Assembly: GCA_963508915.1 (NCBI GenBank) | Contig: CAUOZE010000007.1 | Location: 55 to 64,054, forward strand | Origin: an uncultured Deefgea sp. | Lineage (GTDB): Bacteria > Pseudomonadota > Gammaproteobacteria > Burkholderiales > Chitinibacteraceae | Length of the DNA: 64,000 nt | Direction of reading: 5' to 3' | Part shown: positions 11,960 through 22,446 of the stretch, piece after piece | Numbering within the stretch: position 1 is the stretch's first letter | Layout of the letters: each line of letters opens with the position of its first letter | Translations under genes and position numbers: made by a program | The notes under the pieces: model-generated | Told to the model about the DNA's origin: nothing | Seen by the model: only the letters and a program-made list of their open reading frames with translations | The model's database searches: none

Positions 11960-12583
11960 ATGGCTCGTTATATTGGACCTAAGTGCAAACTCGCACGCCG
12001 CGAAGGAACGGATCTGTTCTTGAAGAGCGCGCGTCGTTCGCTCGATAGCAAATGCAAGCTGGAACAAGCCCCAGGCCAGCATGGCGCGAAGAAAAATACG
12101 CGTCAGTCGGACTACGGCGTACACCTGCGCGAAAAGCAAAAGATCCGTCGTATTTACGGCGTTTTAGAACGTCAATTCCGTGGCTACTTCCATGAAGCAG
12201 CTCGTCGTAAGGGTTCAACTGGTGAAAACCTGTTGAAACTTCTTGAGAGCCGCTTGGATAACGTTGTTTATCGCATGGGCTACGGTTCTACCCGTTCTGA
12301 ATCTCGTCAACTAGTTTCCCATAAAGCTATCACTGTTAATGGCAAGCCTGTAAACATTCCTTCTTTCCAAGTGAAAGCGGGTGATGTGGTTGCTGTACGT
12401 GAAAAGTCTAAGAAACAAGTACGTATCCAAGAGGCACTGTCTCTTGCTGAAGGTATTGGTTTCCCAAACTGGGTACAGGTTGATTCTAAGAAAATGGAAG
12501 GCGTATTTAAAAGTATGCCAGAGCGTTCTGACCTTTCTAGCGATATTAATGAATCGCTTGTGGTTGAATTCTATTCCAAGTAA
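11960..12583 (+). CDS. rpsD: 30S ribosomal protein S4
   Basis: [10 protein letters not shown]...[10 protein letters not shown]. Confidence 0.99.
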   Translation: MARYIGPKCKLARREGTDLFLKSARRSLDSKCKLEQAPGQHGAKKNTRQSDYGVHLREKQKIRRIYGVLERQFRGYFHEAARRKGSTGENLLKLLESRLDNVVYRMGYGSTRSESRQLVSHKAITVNGKPVNIPSFQVKAGDVVAVREKSKKQVRIQEALSLAEGIGFPNWVQVDSKKMEGVFKSMPERSDLSSDINESLVVEFYSK

Positions 12584-12617
12584 TAACCTGACCCGCTAAG
12601 GCAAGGGATACTGACTT

Positions 12618-13601
12618 ATGCAAATCAACGCAAACGACTTGCTCAAACCGCGCATCATCGACGTACAAGCTGTTGCTTCTGCACATGCTAAAGTTGTGAT
12701 GGAGCCTTTTGAGCGTGGTTATGGCCATACGCTCGGTAATGCATTACGCCGGATTCTACTTTCTTCAATGCCGGGTTATGCCCCGACAGAAGTAAAAATT
12801 GAAGGTGTAGTGCATGAATACTCCGCGCTTGATGGTGTACAGGAAGACGTTGTTGACATCCTGCTAAACCTTAAAGGCGTTGTGCTCAAGCTGCATGGTC
12901 GGGACTCTGTTACTCTCACTCTCTCAAAAGAGGGTGAGGGTATTGTTACGGCGTCCGACATTCAGCTTCCGCACGATGTTGAAGTGATCAATCCAGACCA
13001 TGTGATTGCTCATCTTTCTGCTGGTGGTAAGCTCAACATGGAAGTTACAGTTGAAAAAGGGCGTGGTTATCAACCTGCCCCAGCTCGATTGAACAAAGAA
13101 GAAGGACGTACCATTGGTACTGTTATGCTGGATGCATCGTTCAGCCCGATTCTTCGTGTTAGCTACCAAGTAGAAAGCGCTCGTGTCGAACAGCGTACCG
13201 ATCTTGACCGTTTGATTATCGACATTGAAACTAATGGCGTAATTGAACCGGATGAGGCAGTTCGCCAAGCCGCACGGATGTTAATTGACCAACTTGGCGT
13301 TTTTGCTGATTTGGAAGGTACGCCAGAAGTAACTGTTGCAGAACCTACAATCACAATTGATCCTATCTTGCTTCGGCCTGTAGATGATCTTGAGTTGACT
13401 GTACGTTCGGCAAATTGCCTTAAAGCGGAAAACATCTATTACATTGGCGATCTGATTCAACGTACAGAGACTGAGTTGTTAAAAGCTCCGAACCTGGGTC
13501 GTAAATCGCTGAATGAGATCAAAGAAGTGCTTGCTTCGAAGGGGCTTAGCCTTGGCATGCGCCTCGAAAACTGGCCTCCGGCTGGCTTAGATAAGCCTTG
13601 A
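12618..13601 (+). CDS. rpoA: RNA polymerase subunit alpha
   Basis: [22 protein letters not shown]...LTVRSANCL. Confidence 0.99.
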   Translation: MQINANDLLKPRIIDVQAVASAHAKVVMEPFERGYGHTLGNALRRILLSSMPGYAPTEVKIEGVVHEYSALDGVQEDVVDILLNLKGVVLKLHGRDSVTLTLSKEGEGIVTASDIQLPHDVEVINPDHVIAHLSAGGKLNMEVTVEKGRGYQPAPARLNKEEGRTIGTVMLDASFSPILRVSYQVESARVEQRTDLDRLIIDIETNGVIEPDEAVRQAARMLIDQLGVFADLEGTPEVTVAEPTITIDPILLRPVDDLELTVRSANCLKAENIYYIGDLIQRTETELLKAPNLGRKSLNEIKEVLASKGLSLGMRLENWPPAGLDKP

Positions 13602-13628
13602 AGTAGGCACTAGCAAAGGAACTGACAA

Positions 13629-14018
13629 ATGCGTCACCGTCTTTCTAATCGTAAACTTAATCGCACGACAAGTCATCGTCTTGCGATGCTTCGTAACTTG
13701 GCTAATTCGTTACTTAAGCACGAAGTTATTAAAACGACTTTACCAAAGGCAAAAGAGTTGCGCCGAGTAGCGGAGCCGTTGATCACATTGGGTAAAAAGC
13801 CTTGTTTGGCTAATCGCCGCTTGGCTTTTGACCGTACTCGTGATCGTGATGTTGTTGTTAAATTATTTGATGTGTTAGGCCCACGTTACGCAACACGTAA
13901 CGGTGGTTACCTACGCGTTCTTAAGTGTGGTTTCCGTCAAGGCGACAATGCTCCTATGGCATTTGTTGAACTTGTTGATCGCCCTGAAGAAGCTGAAGCT
14001 TTAGATTCAGCTGAATAA
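13629..14018 (+). CDS. rplQ: 50S ribosomal protein L17
   Basis: MRHR...[10 protein letters not shown]...GDNAPMA. Confidence 0.99.
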   Translation: MRHRLSNRKLNRTTSHRLAMLRNLANSLLKHEVIKTTLPKAKELRRVAEPLITLGKKPCLANRRLAFDRTRDRDVVVKLFDVLGPRYATRNGGYLRVLKCGFRQGDNAPMAFVELVDRPEEAEALDSAE

Positions 14019-14040
14019 GTAATAAGCAATTAATCATTAG

Positions 14041-14068
14041 AAAGGCCAACTTATGTTGGCCTTTTTTA
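14041..14068. terminator. Bidirectional intrinsic terminator
   Basis: AAAGGCCAAC-TTAT-GTTGGCCTTTTTT between the convergent rplQ and HDOD genes. Confidence 0.85.
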
Positions 14069-14071
14069 TAT

Positions 14072-14953
14072 TTAAGAGATTAGTCTTGCTGCTGTCGGTT
14101 GAACCCCAAACCAATCCCAATGTTTGGCGGTGTATACGGCGGTACTAACTACTAGTCGATGCGCTTCATCTTCATCAATCTTTAAAAAGTTAGCCGTATT
14201 GCTTAGATCTTTAAGATAAAAATCGGTATAAATTGACCATTCAGTGTGCCGTGCTATTGAGGTTGCAAGTTTTACTAATTTAACACGTGGCTCATCTGCA
14301 CAGTCTTCGTTTGCAAGGTGTGTTAAGATTTTGGGGAGATTCCAAATAGAGCAAAGTCTTTGTTGTAATTCATTAAAATTACAACCGAATGTCTCATTTT
14401 GAATGTCCTTGCTTCTTAATTCCCGATTGTTACTTAATTTTTGTTTCAAATTTATCATGAGCTCAGGTGCAATTTGCCATAATAAAATCTCGGCGGTTTC
14501 GTGTAAGAGTGCAGCTGTTACTATCTCATTTGGGTCAAGATCTCTTCTGTATTTGCCCATTGAGTCTGCTAATTGCGAAGCAAAGTAAGCTCGATAGCAG
14601 GTTTTGTGGCAATCTTCAATTGCAGCTTCATTTTGGCCTATGGTGTCTTCTATGTGCTGAGTTCCACCAAAAGAGTTAAAAAAACCTTTAATCCCAATCA
14701 TTAAAAGTACTTTTTCAATTGTTGTGATATCAGTTGTTTGATTAAAACTTCTTTTTTTTTCTTGATGCTTTAGCAACTTTAAGCTCAGCAGTGGGTCGTG
14801 CCGAATTAGTATTGATAAGTCTCTAAGATCAATGTTGTCGATATTTTGCTGGTGCTTAATGATTTGATCGTGGGTGTGCTTGAGTATAGGAATCTCAAGA
14901 TTGCTAAGTAAAGATAGCCAAGACTCAATATTATTTGGGTATTTTTTTATCAT
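14072..14953 (-). CDS. HDOD-domain protein
   Basis: IRHDPLLSLKLL...ALLHETAEILLW...WNLP; start placed at MIKKYP to avoid overlap with apaH. Confidence 0.85.
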   Translation of the reverse strand: MIKKYPNNIESWLSLLSNLEIPILKHTHDQIIKHQQNIDNIDLRDLSILIRHDPLLSLKLLKHQEKKRSFNQTTDITTIEKVLLMIGIKGFFNSFGGTQHIEDTIGQNEAAIEDCHKTCYRAYFASQLADSMGKYRRDLDPNEIVTAALLHETAEILLWQIAPELMINLKQKLSNNRELRSKDIQNETFGCNFNELQQRLCSIWNLPKILTHLANEDCADEPRVKLVKLATSIARHTEWSIYTDFYLKDLSNTANFLKIDEDEAHRLVVSTAVYTAKHWDWFGVQPTAARLIS

Positions 14954-14983
14954 GATGCGATTTCTTCTAAGAAAGAGACATAG

Positions 14984-15799
14984 ATGGCTAGCTACGTAAT
15001 AGGTGATATCCAAGGCTGTTTTGATGAATTCATGGGCTTGATATCCTTGATTGAGTTTAACCCAATTCTGGATAAAGTCTATCTAGTAGGGGATCTAGTA
15101 AATAGGGGGCCTCGCTCTCTTGATGTTTTGCGTTATGTTTACGCGAATCGAAAATCATTTAGGATGGTGCTCGGGAATCACGATTTGCACTTGCTGGCGT
15201 GTTGGGCTGGAATTTCTAAACCTAAATCTCTAGATACGTTTGATGATGTACTGCAAGGTGCAGAGGTTAATGAATTAATGTCTTGGCTGCGAAAGCAGCC
15301 GCTCGTTTTGGAGCTTCCTGAGTGCCTAATTGTTCACGCAGGTATTAATCCGAGTTTAAGTTGGCAAAAAAATCTTGAGTTGGCTATGTTTTGCAGTGAA
15401 AAACTCGCTGCCGACGATTTCTACTTTTGGTTGTCAAACATGTATGGAAGTTCTCCTACGAAATGGGCTGACGGAATGGAAGGGGTTGAACGATTCAGAT
15501 TCGGGATTAATACTTTTACGCGAATGCGGATGCTTGATGGTTGTGATCTTGATATGAAATTTAAAGGTACAATTGAGAGTGCGCCGGATAATTTGCGGCC
15601 TTGGTTTAACCAATTAGCTAACTTACCAAAGCCGGTGATGTTTGGTCATTGGTCTGCTTTAGGCTTGGTTGTAAATGAAAAAGTGGTTGCCTTAGATACA
15701 GGTTGTATATGGGGCGGGCAATTGACGGCTATTTGCTTAGATAGTGGGAGTTTATTTCAATATCCTGCATTAGTCGGGGCGAGAGGCGGAGATGAATAA
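14984..15799 (+). CDS. apaH: Symmetrical bis(5'-nucleosyl)-tetraphosphatase
   Basis: GDIQGC, GDLVNRGP, VLGNHDLHLL, FGHWSALG, LDTGC. Confidence 0.95.
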   Translation: MASYVIGDIQGCFDEFMGLISLIEFNPILDKVYLVGDLVNRGPRSLDVLRYVYANRKSFRMVLGNHDLHLLACWAGISKPKSLDTFDDVLQGAEVNELMSWLRKQPLVLELPECLIVHAGINPSLSWQKNLELAMFCSEKLAADDFYFWLSNMYGSSPTKWADGMEGVERFRFGINTFTRMRMLDGCDLDMKFKGTIESAPDNLRPWFNQLANLPKPVMFGHWSALGLVVNEKVVALDTGCIWGGQLTAICLDSGSLFQYPALVGARGGDE

Positions 15800-15869
15800 G
15801 ATTCTTGTTTGTGATTGGTCTTCCATTCATAGCCTCGCTTGCGACGAAATAGGTAAATGTGCAGCTGAA

Positions 15870-16070
15870 TTAGTATTCAGCTGACTCTTGTTTCTCTAGT
15901 GTTGGCAGTGGCTCTGTGGTGCTATTGCCGATGCGGTATGTTTCGTCTGCCCAAGCACCTAAGTCAATTGATTTGCAACGTTCAGAGCAAAAAGGTCGAT
16001 ATTGGTTTGTGTTGCTGTAGATCGTTTTACACTTACAAATTGGGCACGAAACGTTGATTTGTGATTTCAT
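15870..16070 (-). CDS. yacG: DNA gyrase inhibitor YacG
   Basis: CPIC...RPFCSERCKSIDLGAWA. Confidence 0.95.
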   Translation of the reverse strand: MKSQINVSCPICKCKTIYSNTNQYRPFCSERCKSIDLGAWADETYRIGNSTTEPLPTLEKQESAEY

Positions 16071-16829
16071 TTATAAATTACAGTAAGCTAGTGTGAATTG
16101 AATGTCAGAATCAACAACTTTAGCTCTATCGCCGCTTGTGCTCGGTACGATAAATCGGATATTTATTGCGTAGCGGTTTGCCGATAATTCAGGCACTGCA
16201 GGTAAGTCATCATTCAAGCTTACTTTCAGTAGTTGCACAGTTTTTCCGCCAGACATTTGCTGGAAAGAGCCACCCTTGGCTATGAAGTGATTTGATTTGG
16301 CCGAATCTCTAAGGAGCTTCAAAACTATGTCTAAACCGTGCTTGATTGGCAGTAGCGGGCTCAGCCAACGATCAAGGTCTATCTTTCTTCGTTCAGCCGA
16401 TTGTGTGCGCCAGTAGTGGTAAGATGGTAGGTCGAATTCGCAAACACCGCCAGGAATCGAGATTCTTTGTTTGATAGCCATGAGCCATTCATTCTCTCTT
16501 AGGTATTGGCCAAGCTTGCCCGTCATTGCGAGTAATCTAGTGTGCGTCGACTCAATTTCAGTAAGTACCCGTTCAAGCGCATCTTCAGAAATATGAGGGT
16601 TGTTTCTTAGGGCAATTAATGTTTGGCGTTGACGTTCGAGTTCTTGCAGTAAGTCCGATTTTAAATCTGCCCTACTTGCGACTTCCATGATTTCAAAAAT
16701 GCCAAGCAGTGCCATGTGATGATCAATGGGTTGATCTCGAGATGCAAATGAAATGGTACGTACGTAAAGATCTTCCAGTCTCAATAGAGTCCGAATTTTC
16801 TCATTGATCGGGAATTCGTAGCTAATCAC
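16071..16829 (-). CDS. zapD: Cell division protein ZapD
   Basis: YEFPINEKIRTLLRLE...PGGVCEFDLPSYHYW; coaE-zapD-yacG order. Confidence 0.95.
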   Translation of the reverse strand: MISYEFPINEKIRTLLRLEDLYVRTISFASRDQPIDHHMALLGIFEIMEVASRADLKSDLLQELERQRQTLIALRNNPHISEDALERVLTEIESTHTRLLAMTGKLGQYLRENEWLMAIKQRISIPGGVCEFDLPSYHYWRTQSAERRKIDLDRWLSPLLPIKHGLDIVLKLLRDSAKSNHFIAKGGSFQQMSGGKTVQLLKVSLNDDLPAVPELSANRYAINIRFIVPSTSGDRAKVVDSDIQFTLAYCNL

Positions 16830-16901
16830 AATTTTATGGCCTTAGAAGGTTTTGCAATTCTGCAGCAAACAATGAGTTTTGAAAACCCATGCATAGTATA
16901 T

Positions 16902-17525
16902 TTAAGTTTTTTCTAATAGAAACTTATGCAATTGCGACACTTTATCTGCAATGTTTTCCAGGCCATCTTCATTGTTGATGACTAGGTCGGCAAGCTTGTT
17001 TCTTTGACTTCTGCTCATTTGAGCATCAATTATCTTACGGACTTGCGTTTCACTTAAACTACTTCGATGCATAACTCTAGTAATTTGTTCATTCTCGGTG
17101 CAATCAATCGCAATGCTAAATTGGGTAAGTTCATGAAATGACTTTTGTTCAAACAGCAAGGGTACGGCAATTATGCAATACGCGCAGCTGTTCTCTAGTT
17201 GCTTAATATGTAGTTTTAATGCTTGTAGAATCAGTGGGTGGAAGATGGCTTCAAGTTGTTTTTTTTTTACATCATCATTGAAGATCGCACTACGTATCCA
17301 TTCTCTATTTAATGTCCCATCTGCTCGTAATGATTGCTCACCAAATAGTTTTTTGACGGTAGTATTTGCTGTTGAATAAGGTTGTGATAAATCGTGAGCG
17401 ATGATGTCGGCGTCAATAATTGGGACACCCAAAAGTGAAAAAGCGGCACAGAAACTGCTTTTTCCAGACCCAATGCCGCCAGTTAATCCAACGACTAGCA
17501 AATTAACTAATTCCGTATAATGCAA
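16902..17525 (-). CDS. coaE: Dephospho-CoA kinase
   Basis: VGLTGGIGSGKS, IIDADIIAH; real start may be TTG at 17501. Confidence 0.96.
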   Translation of the reverse strand: MHYTELVNLLVVGLTGGIGSGKSSFCAAFSLLGVPIIDADIIAHDLSQPYSTANTTVKKLFGEQSLRADGTLNREWIRSAIFNDDVKKKQLEAIFHPLILQALKLHIKQLENSCAYCIIAVPLLFEQKSFHELTQFSIAIDCTENEQITRVMHRSSLSETQVRKIIDAQMSRSQRNKLADLVINNEDGLENIADKVSQLHKFLLEKT

Positions 17526-18372
17526 GCGACAGGTCTTTGCCCCAAATTAAAGCAAGTAAGCCTGCTACGCCTAAGTAGGGACCAAAAGGCATCGGCTTAT
17601 TCCAGCCTCTATTTTTTCCTAAAACCATGACAATTCCGATCACTGCTCCGGCAAATGACGACAATAGAATAATCATTGGGATCATGCTCCAGCCAAACCA
17701 AGCACCTAGCGCAGCTAATAGTTTGAAATCACCGTAGCCCATACCTTCTTTACCAGTTGCAAACTTGAATACCCAGTATACGCTCCAGAGCGATATGTAG
17801 CCTGCTATTGCGCCATATACTGCATTATCTAGTGTGGTGAAGGTATTAAAGCTGTTGAAGATTAGCCCGATCCAAATGAGTGGCAGAGTCATGCTGTCAG
17901 GTAGTAAATAAGTGTCAGCATCAATCATTATGAGTGCAATTAAAAACCACACTAGTATCAAGCCACCTGCTAAGGCATATGAATATCCAAAATGTAAGGC
18001 TAGGCCAGCAGATACAAAAGCGGTAATGAGTTCAATGATAGGGTAGCGAATGCTGATCTTTGCTTTGCACTTACGACACTTTCCCCGTAAAGCAACCCAA
18101 CTGATCACGGGTATGTTCTCAAGCGCAGAAATGGTATGCCCGCACTTGGGGCAGGCCGATCTGGGAAAAATTAAGTTGTACTTAACTTCTGGTTCTAATT
18201 GCGCTACTTTTTTATCAAAGAACGCAGCGCATTCAGTCTTGAAATTGCTCTCCATCATGATCGGTAGTCTATGAATCACTACGTTTAAAAAACTACCCAT
18301 TAGGAGTCCAAGCAAAGTGGACAAAGCTACCAACATATACATGTTGGTAGCTAGATATGAAAAATCAGCCAA
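17503..18372 (-). CDS. pilD: Prepilin peptidase/N-methyltransferase
   Basis: GSFLNVVIHRLP, CPKC/CRKC Cys cluster, GMGYGDFKL, PFGPYL; start uncertain (TTG overlapping the pilC stop). Confidence 0.95.
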   Translation of the reverse strand: MADFSYLATNMYMLVALSTLLGLLMGSFLNVVIHRLPIMMESNFKTECAAFFDKKVAQLEPEVKYNLIFPRSACPKCGHTISALENIPVISWVALRGKCRKCKAKISIRYPIIELITAFVSAGLALHFGYSYALAGGLILVWFLIALIMIDADTYLLPDSMTLPLIWIGLIFNSFNTFTTLDNAVYGAIAGYISLWSVYWVFKFATGKEGMGYGDFKLLAALGAWFGWSMIPMIILLSSFAGAVIGIVMVLGKNRGWNKPMPFGPYLGVAGLLALIWGKDLSLALYGIS

Positions 18373-19594
18373 CTGCAGCACCCATTTTGAAGATTGGTAA
18401 GTACATTGCAACTACTAAGCCACCAATGAGTGTGCCTAGCACGACCATGATTACAGGCTCCATTAAGCTTGAAAGTGCCTCAACAGCGTTATCAACTTCT
18501 TCTTCGTAGTAATCAGCTACTTTACTAAGCATTGCATCTAATGAGCCAGACTCTTCACCGATCGACGTCATTTGCATGGCCATATTAGGAAATACATTTG
18601 CATTTTGCATTGCAACAGTCAGGCTGGTCCCTGTGCTGACTTCGGATTGAATTTTTTTCGTTGCAATTTTATAAATGTAATTGCCGGCAGCTCCACCGAC
18701 AGATTCCAGCGATTCAACTAATGGGACACCTGCTGCAAACATGGTGGCAAGTGTTCGAGTCCAGCGAGCGATCGTTGCATTTTTAACAATTTCACCAAAG
18801 ATTGGTAATTTGAGAATTAGACGATCCATAAAGATTTGCATTGCTTCTGATCTGCGCCACGCATTCATGAACAACCAGAAACCGCCAAAAATTCCACCGA
18901 ATATCAGATACCAATATGAGACAAAAAAATCAGAAATAGCCATAACAAACAACGTGGGGGCAGGTAAATCGGCCCCAAAGCTTGAGAATAAATCCTTGAA
19001 CGCGGGAATTACGAAAATCATAATGACGGCAGTAATGACAAAGGCAGCCACAATGACAGCGGTAGGATAAAACATGGCTGATTTGATTTTCTTTTTGACA
19101 CCCAGAATTTTTTCTTTGTAGGTTGCAAGACGCGCCAAAAGGGCGTCAAGAATACCAGCCTGCTCACCAGCTTGTACGAGATTGCAGTAAAGGGCGTCAA
19201 ATTGCAAAGGATGTTTTCTAAAAGCTTGAGTTAGGGATGAGCCTGTTTCGATATCGTTTTTTATTTCATTTAGCAATTTAGTTACGGAGGGGTTTGAGTG
19301 CCCTTTGGCGACAATATCAAATGAGGTTAGTAGTGGAACGCCTGACTTCAGCATTGTTGCAAGTTGTCGAGTAAACATTGCAATATCTTGTTCGGTGATT
19401 TTGCTACCGCCGCGCATGCGGATTTTTTTTACGCTGGCAACGTTCACGCCTTGGCGTCTTAAGGTGTTTTTGACGACAGCTTCACCACTGGCTCGCATTT
19501 CACCACTGACGGCTTTTCCTGTCCGATCTTTGCCTTTCCAGTGGAAAGTGAATTCTTTTACAGCATTGCTGGCTGCTTTTTTTGGGGTTGCCAT
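18365..19594 (-). CDS. pilC: Type IV pilus inner-membrane platform protein (GspF family)
   Basis: FTRQLATMLKSGVPL, GEQAG, GEESGSLD. Confidence 0.96.
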   Translation of the reverse strand: MATPKKAASNAVKEFTFHWKGKDRTGKAVSGEMRASGEAVVKNTLRRQGVNVASVKKIRMRGGSKITEQDIAMFTRQLATMLKSGVPLLTSFDIVAKGHSNPSVTKLLNEIKNDIETGSSLTQAFRKHPLQFDALYCNLVQAGEQAGILDALLARLATYKEKILGVKKKIKSAMFYPTAVIVAAFVITAVIMIFVIPAFKDLFSSFGADLPAPTLFVMAISDFFVSYWYLIFGGIFGGFWLFMNAWRRSEAMQIFMDRLILKLPIFGEIVKNATIARWTRTLATMFAAGVPLVESLESVGGAAGNYIYKIATKKIQSEVSTGTSLTVAMQNANVFPNMAMQMTSIGEESGSLDAMLSKVADYYEEEVDNAVEALSSLMEPVIMVVLGTLIGGLVVAMYLPIFKMGAAVG

Positions 19595-19605
19595 ATTGTG
19601 GCCCT

Positions 19606-21309
19606 CTATTCGTTAGTCACGGCCATGATTTCTTCGAGTGAAGTTAGGCCTTGTTTTACTTTTCTTAGTCCTGCTTCGCGTAACGATAGGACGCCTTCTT
19701 TACGCGCCTGATCGGCAATATCGATGGCGTTACCGTTGCTCATGATGATTCGATTAAGATCATCGGTTATCGGCATAACCTGATAGATACCAACGCGCCC
19801 TTTATAACCAGTGTCTTTACAGATCTCGCAGCCTTTGGGTCCGTAAGCTTTCCAGGTGCCATCAAGATCGCTCTGCTCGAAGCCTGCGCTCAAAAGCGCA
19901 GCTTCAGGTATCTCTACAGGCTGTTTACAGCTGCATAGTCGACGCGCGAGGCGCTGTGCGGTGATTAAAATGACGGACGAGGCAATATTAAAGGGCTGTA
20001 TGCCCATATTGAGCATACGCGTCAATGTGGTTGGCGCGTCATTGGTATGTAGGGTCGAAAACACCATGTGGCCGGTCTGTGCGGCTTTAATGGCAATGTC
20101 GGCCGTTTCTAAATCGCGAATCTCACCCACCATAATGATGTCCGGATCTTGCCGCAAAAATGCTTTAAGTGCGGCAGAGAAAGTTAGGCCTGCCTTGTCG
20201 TTTACATTGACTTGATTAATGCCAGGCAAATTAATCTCGCAGGGGTCTTCTGCGGTTGAGATGTTGATATCAGGTTTGTTGAGCAAATTTAAGCATGTAT
20301 AAAGTGAGACAGTCTTACCTGAGCCAGTGGGTCCTGTTACCAACACCATGCCATAGGGGCGCTGAATCGCTTCAAGAATAATTGCTTTTTGATCTGGGTC
20401 GTAGCCTAGGGCATCAATACCTAGTGTTGCGGACGATGGATCTAAAATCCGCATTACAATTTTTTCGCCGTGCATCGTAGGCAGTGTTGATACCCGAAAG
20501 TCAATCGCGCGACTTTTAGATAAAACAAGCTTCATACGGCCGTCTTGTGGGATGCGTTTTTCTGAAATATCTAACTTTGAAATGACTTTAATGCGCGAAG
20601 AGATTTTTTCTTTGATCGCTAGTGGTGGTGTTGCTACTTCGCGTAGTACGCCGTCAACTCGGTAGCGGATTCGGAAAAATTTTTCGTAGGGTTCAAAGTG
20701 GATGTCGGATGCACCTTGATTGATCGCATCCATTAACATTTTTTGTAGGTATTTAACGACGGGCGCATCATCAATCTCGAGATTGGCGGCATTGCCTTGT
20801 ACTGGTTGGTCATCACCGCCCGCCATTTCTAGTTCCGCTTCATCGATGGTCATGTCTTTGAGGGTTGTCCCACTGGCTTCGATCATTTTACCAAGTAAAA
20901 CGGCGAGCTTTGGGTCTTCAACGATAATGGGTTCGACTTGAGCGTTAGTTTGGAAGCGGACGTTTTCCACCGCAGCCATATTGGTGATGTCTGAAATGCC
21001 AATAAAAAGTTTGGTGCCGCGCTTATAGAGCGGAACTAAGCGCTGCGTTTGCATCGCTTTGGCGTCAAGAATGCCTTGCGGAATATAGCTTGGATCAACA
21101 CGATCCAGATCCAGTAGCGGATAACCAAATGTTTTGGACGAGAAATCTGCAACGTCGCGCGCGGACATTTTCTTGCTTTGAATTAGCTGCTCAATAAATG
21201 ATATTTTGTTACTGGCAGCGGTAGTTTGCAAAGCTTCTGCATCGGCTTCGATTAGGCGTCCGTGTTGCACTAGCAGTCGTGCAAGCCCAGAAATATGAGG
21301 TGCGGTCAT
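19606..21309 (-). CDS. pilB: Type IV-A pilus assembly ATPase
   Basis: GPTGSGKT, LRQDPDIIMVGEIRD, STLHTNDA, GYKGRVG. Confidence 0.97.
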   Translation of the reverse strand: MTAPHISGLARLLVQHGRLIEADAEALQTTAASNKISFIEQLIQSKKMSARDVADFSSKTFGYPLLDLDRVDPSYIPQGILDAKAMQTQRLVPLYKRGTKLFIGISDITNMAAVENVRFQTNAQVEPIIVEDPKLAVLLGKMIEASGTTLKDMTIDEAELEMAGGDDQPVQGNAANLEIDDAPVVKYLQKMLMDAINQGASDIHFEPYEKFFRIRYRVDGVLREVATPPLAIKEKISSRIKVISKLDISEKRIPQDGRMKLVLSKSRAIDFRVSTLPTMHGEKIVMRILDPSSATLGIDALGYDPDQKAIILEAIQRPYGMVLVTGPTGSGKTVSLYTCLNLLNKPDINISTAEDPCEINLPGINQVNVNDKAGLTFSAALKAFLRQDPDIIMVGEIRDLETADIAIKAAQTGHMVFSTLHTNDAPTTLTRMLNMGIQPFNIASSVILITAQRLARRLCSCKQPVEIPEAALLSAGFEQSDLDGTWKAYGPKGCEICKDTGYKGRVGIYQVMPITDDLNRIIMSNGNAIDIADQARKEGVLSLREAGLRKVKQGLTSLEEIMAVTNE

Positions 21310-21554
21310 AAGCGCGAGATAACTCCAAGGCTTTTATTGTTTGAAATGAACGTTGCCACAAATATAGTGTGCTTTATCGTTTTTCGCTTGCAGTCTAGCA
21401 GATGTAACAGGGTTGGCGGTGTGACGATGTGGCGTAGCTTATTCAATGTTGTATCAGTGTTGCTTTATTTGGTTTTAATTTGATTGTACTGATGGAGTTA
21501 GTGGTAGCTGAGTGGTTACTTTGGTTTTGTTTTGCGTTGTGGATGTATTGCCTG

Positions 21555-22364
21555 CTAGCTCTTATTAATAAATACCTCTAAGGCAATACGTGTGCCGATG
21601 TAGCCTAAAAAAAGCAGTCCAAATCCAATTAAAGCCCAATTGGCGGCAAAACTGCCTCGCCAGCCATGGCTGAATCTCCCCATTAATAGTGTGCCGAAGA
21701 TCACCCACGATGCTAAGGCAAAAATGGTTTTGTGTGAGAACGAAAAGAACTGCCCACTAGTTTGTTGAGAAAAAATACTACCGGTGATGAGCGCCGCTGT
21801 CAGTAAGGTAAAACCGATGGCGACGCAGCTAAACAATAGTTTCTCCAGTGTAAGCAAGGGAGGGAGCGTGCGTGCTAATATTTTCTTGCTGTTGTGGTGC
21901 AAGTTTTTATCGGAAAAACGCATTAGAATGGCCACCGCAGCGGCATTGACGATCAGGCCTTGTGCAAGCATCGCGAGTAGGAAGTGACTGCGGAATAAGT
22001 TGTTTTGTGCGTAGCTGATGGCGTGGCCAGTCGGTAAAATCAGCGAAAGCAGCACAAAACTGCCGATAAAGGCAAATAGCGGGGGCTCTAGCCCGTCTAA
22101 TTTCCAACGGAGTTTGCCAAGTAAGTAAACGTTTAGACTGAGCCATGCCGTGAGGGATAAGGACTCTGCCGCGCCAAAGTGTAATTGTTGTTGGCTAAGG
22201 ATGGGGAGGAGTGCTGCCGCGCCATGTGTAAAACACACTGCCAATAGCAGTGTTTGCTCAGGTAAGCGCCGTGCAGCGCTGTGCCCAACAAGGCGAATTT
22301 GGCAAAAATGCCAGCCGAGTAGCAGGTAAATGAGAAAGGTCAGTGGCGTAAGCAGGGTGAGCAC
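21555..22364 (-). CDS. Cytochrome c assembly (CcsA/YpjD-like) inner membrane protein
   Basis: Multi-TM; LPPLLTLEKLLF, HKTIFA, GWRG; divergent from ffh as in many proteobacteria. Confidence 0.85.
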   Translation of the reverse strand: MLTLLTPLTFLIYLLLGWHFCQIRLVGHSAARRLPEQTLLLAVCFTHGAAALLPILSQQQLHFGAAESLSLTAWLSLNVYLLGKLRWKLDGLEPPLFAFIGSFVLLSLILPTGHAISYAQNNLFRSHFLLAMLAQGLIVNAAAVAILMRFSDKNLHHNSKKILARTLPPLLTLEKLLFSCVAIGFTLLTAALITGSIFSQQTSGQFFSFSHKTIFALASWVIFGTLLMGRFSHGWRGSFAANWALIGFGLLFLGYIGTRIALEVFINKS

Positions 22365-22446
22365 GTCAATTCAGGGTAAAATGTCGATTGTTTAGTCTAA
22401 CAGAGTCGGTGCCCACTCGGCATCAACCGCATTAAAGGTGTAACGC

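Noticed and set aside
289-13435. Many alternative-frame and antisense ORFs across the ribosomal cluster
   Set aside because: They overlap unambiguous ribosomal genes and are shadows of biased codon usage.
14072-15013. HDOD ORF overlapping apaH by 30 bp
   Set aside because: An artefact of the longest-ORF start; the downstream ATG at 14953 removes the overlap.
15870-21309. pilB-pilC-pilD-coaE-zapD-yacG linkage
   Set aside because: A well-known conserved proteobacterial gene order, not novel.
21340-21365. Possible sigma54 promoter for pilB (TGGCAAC...)
   Set aside because: No GC at the -12 position with the required spacing.
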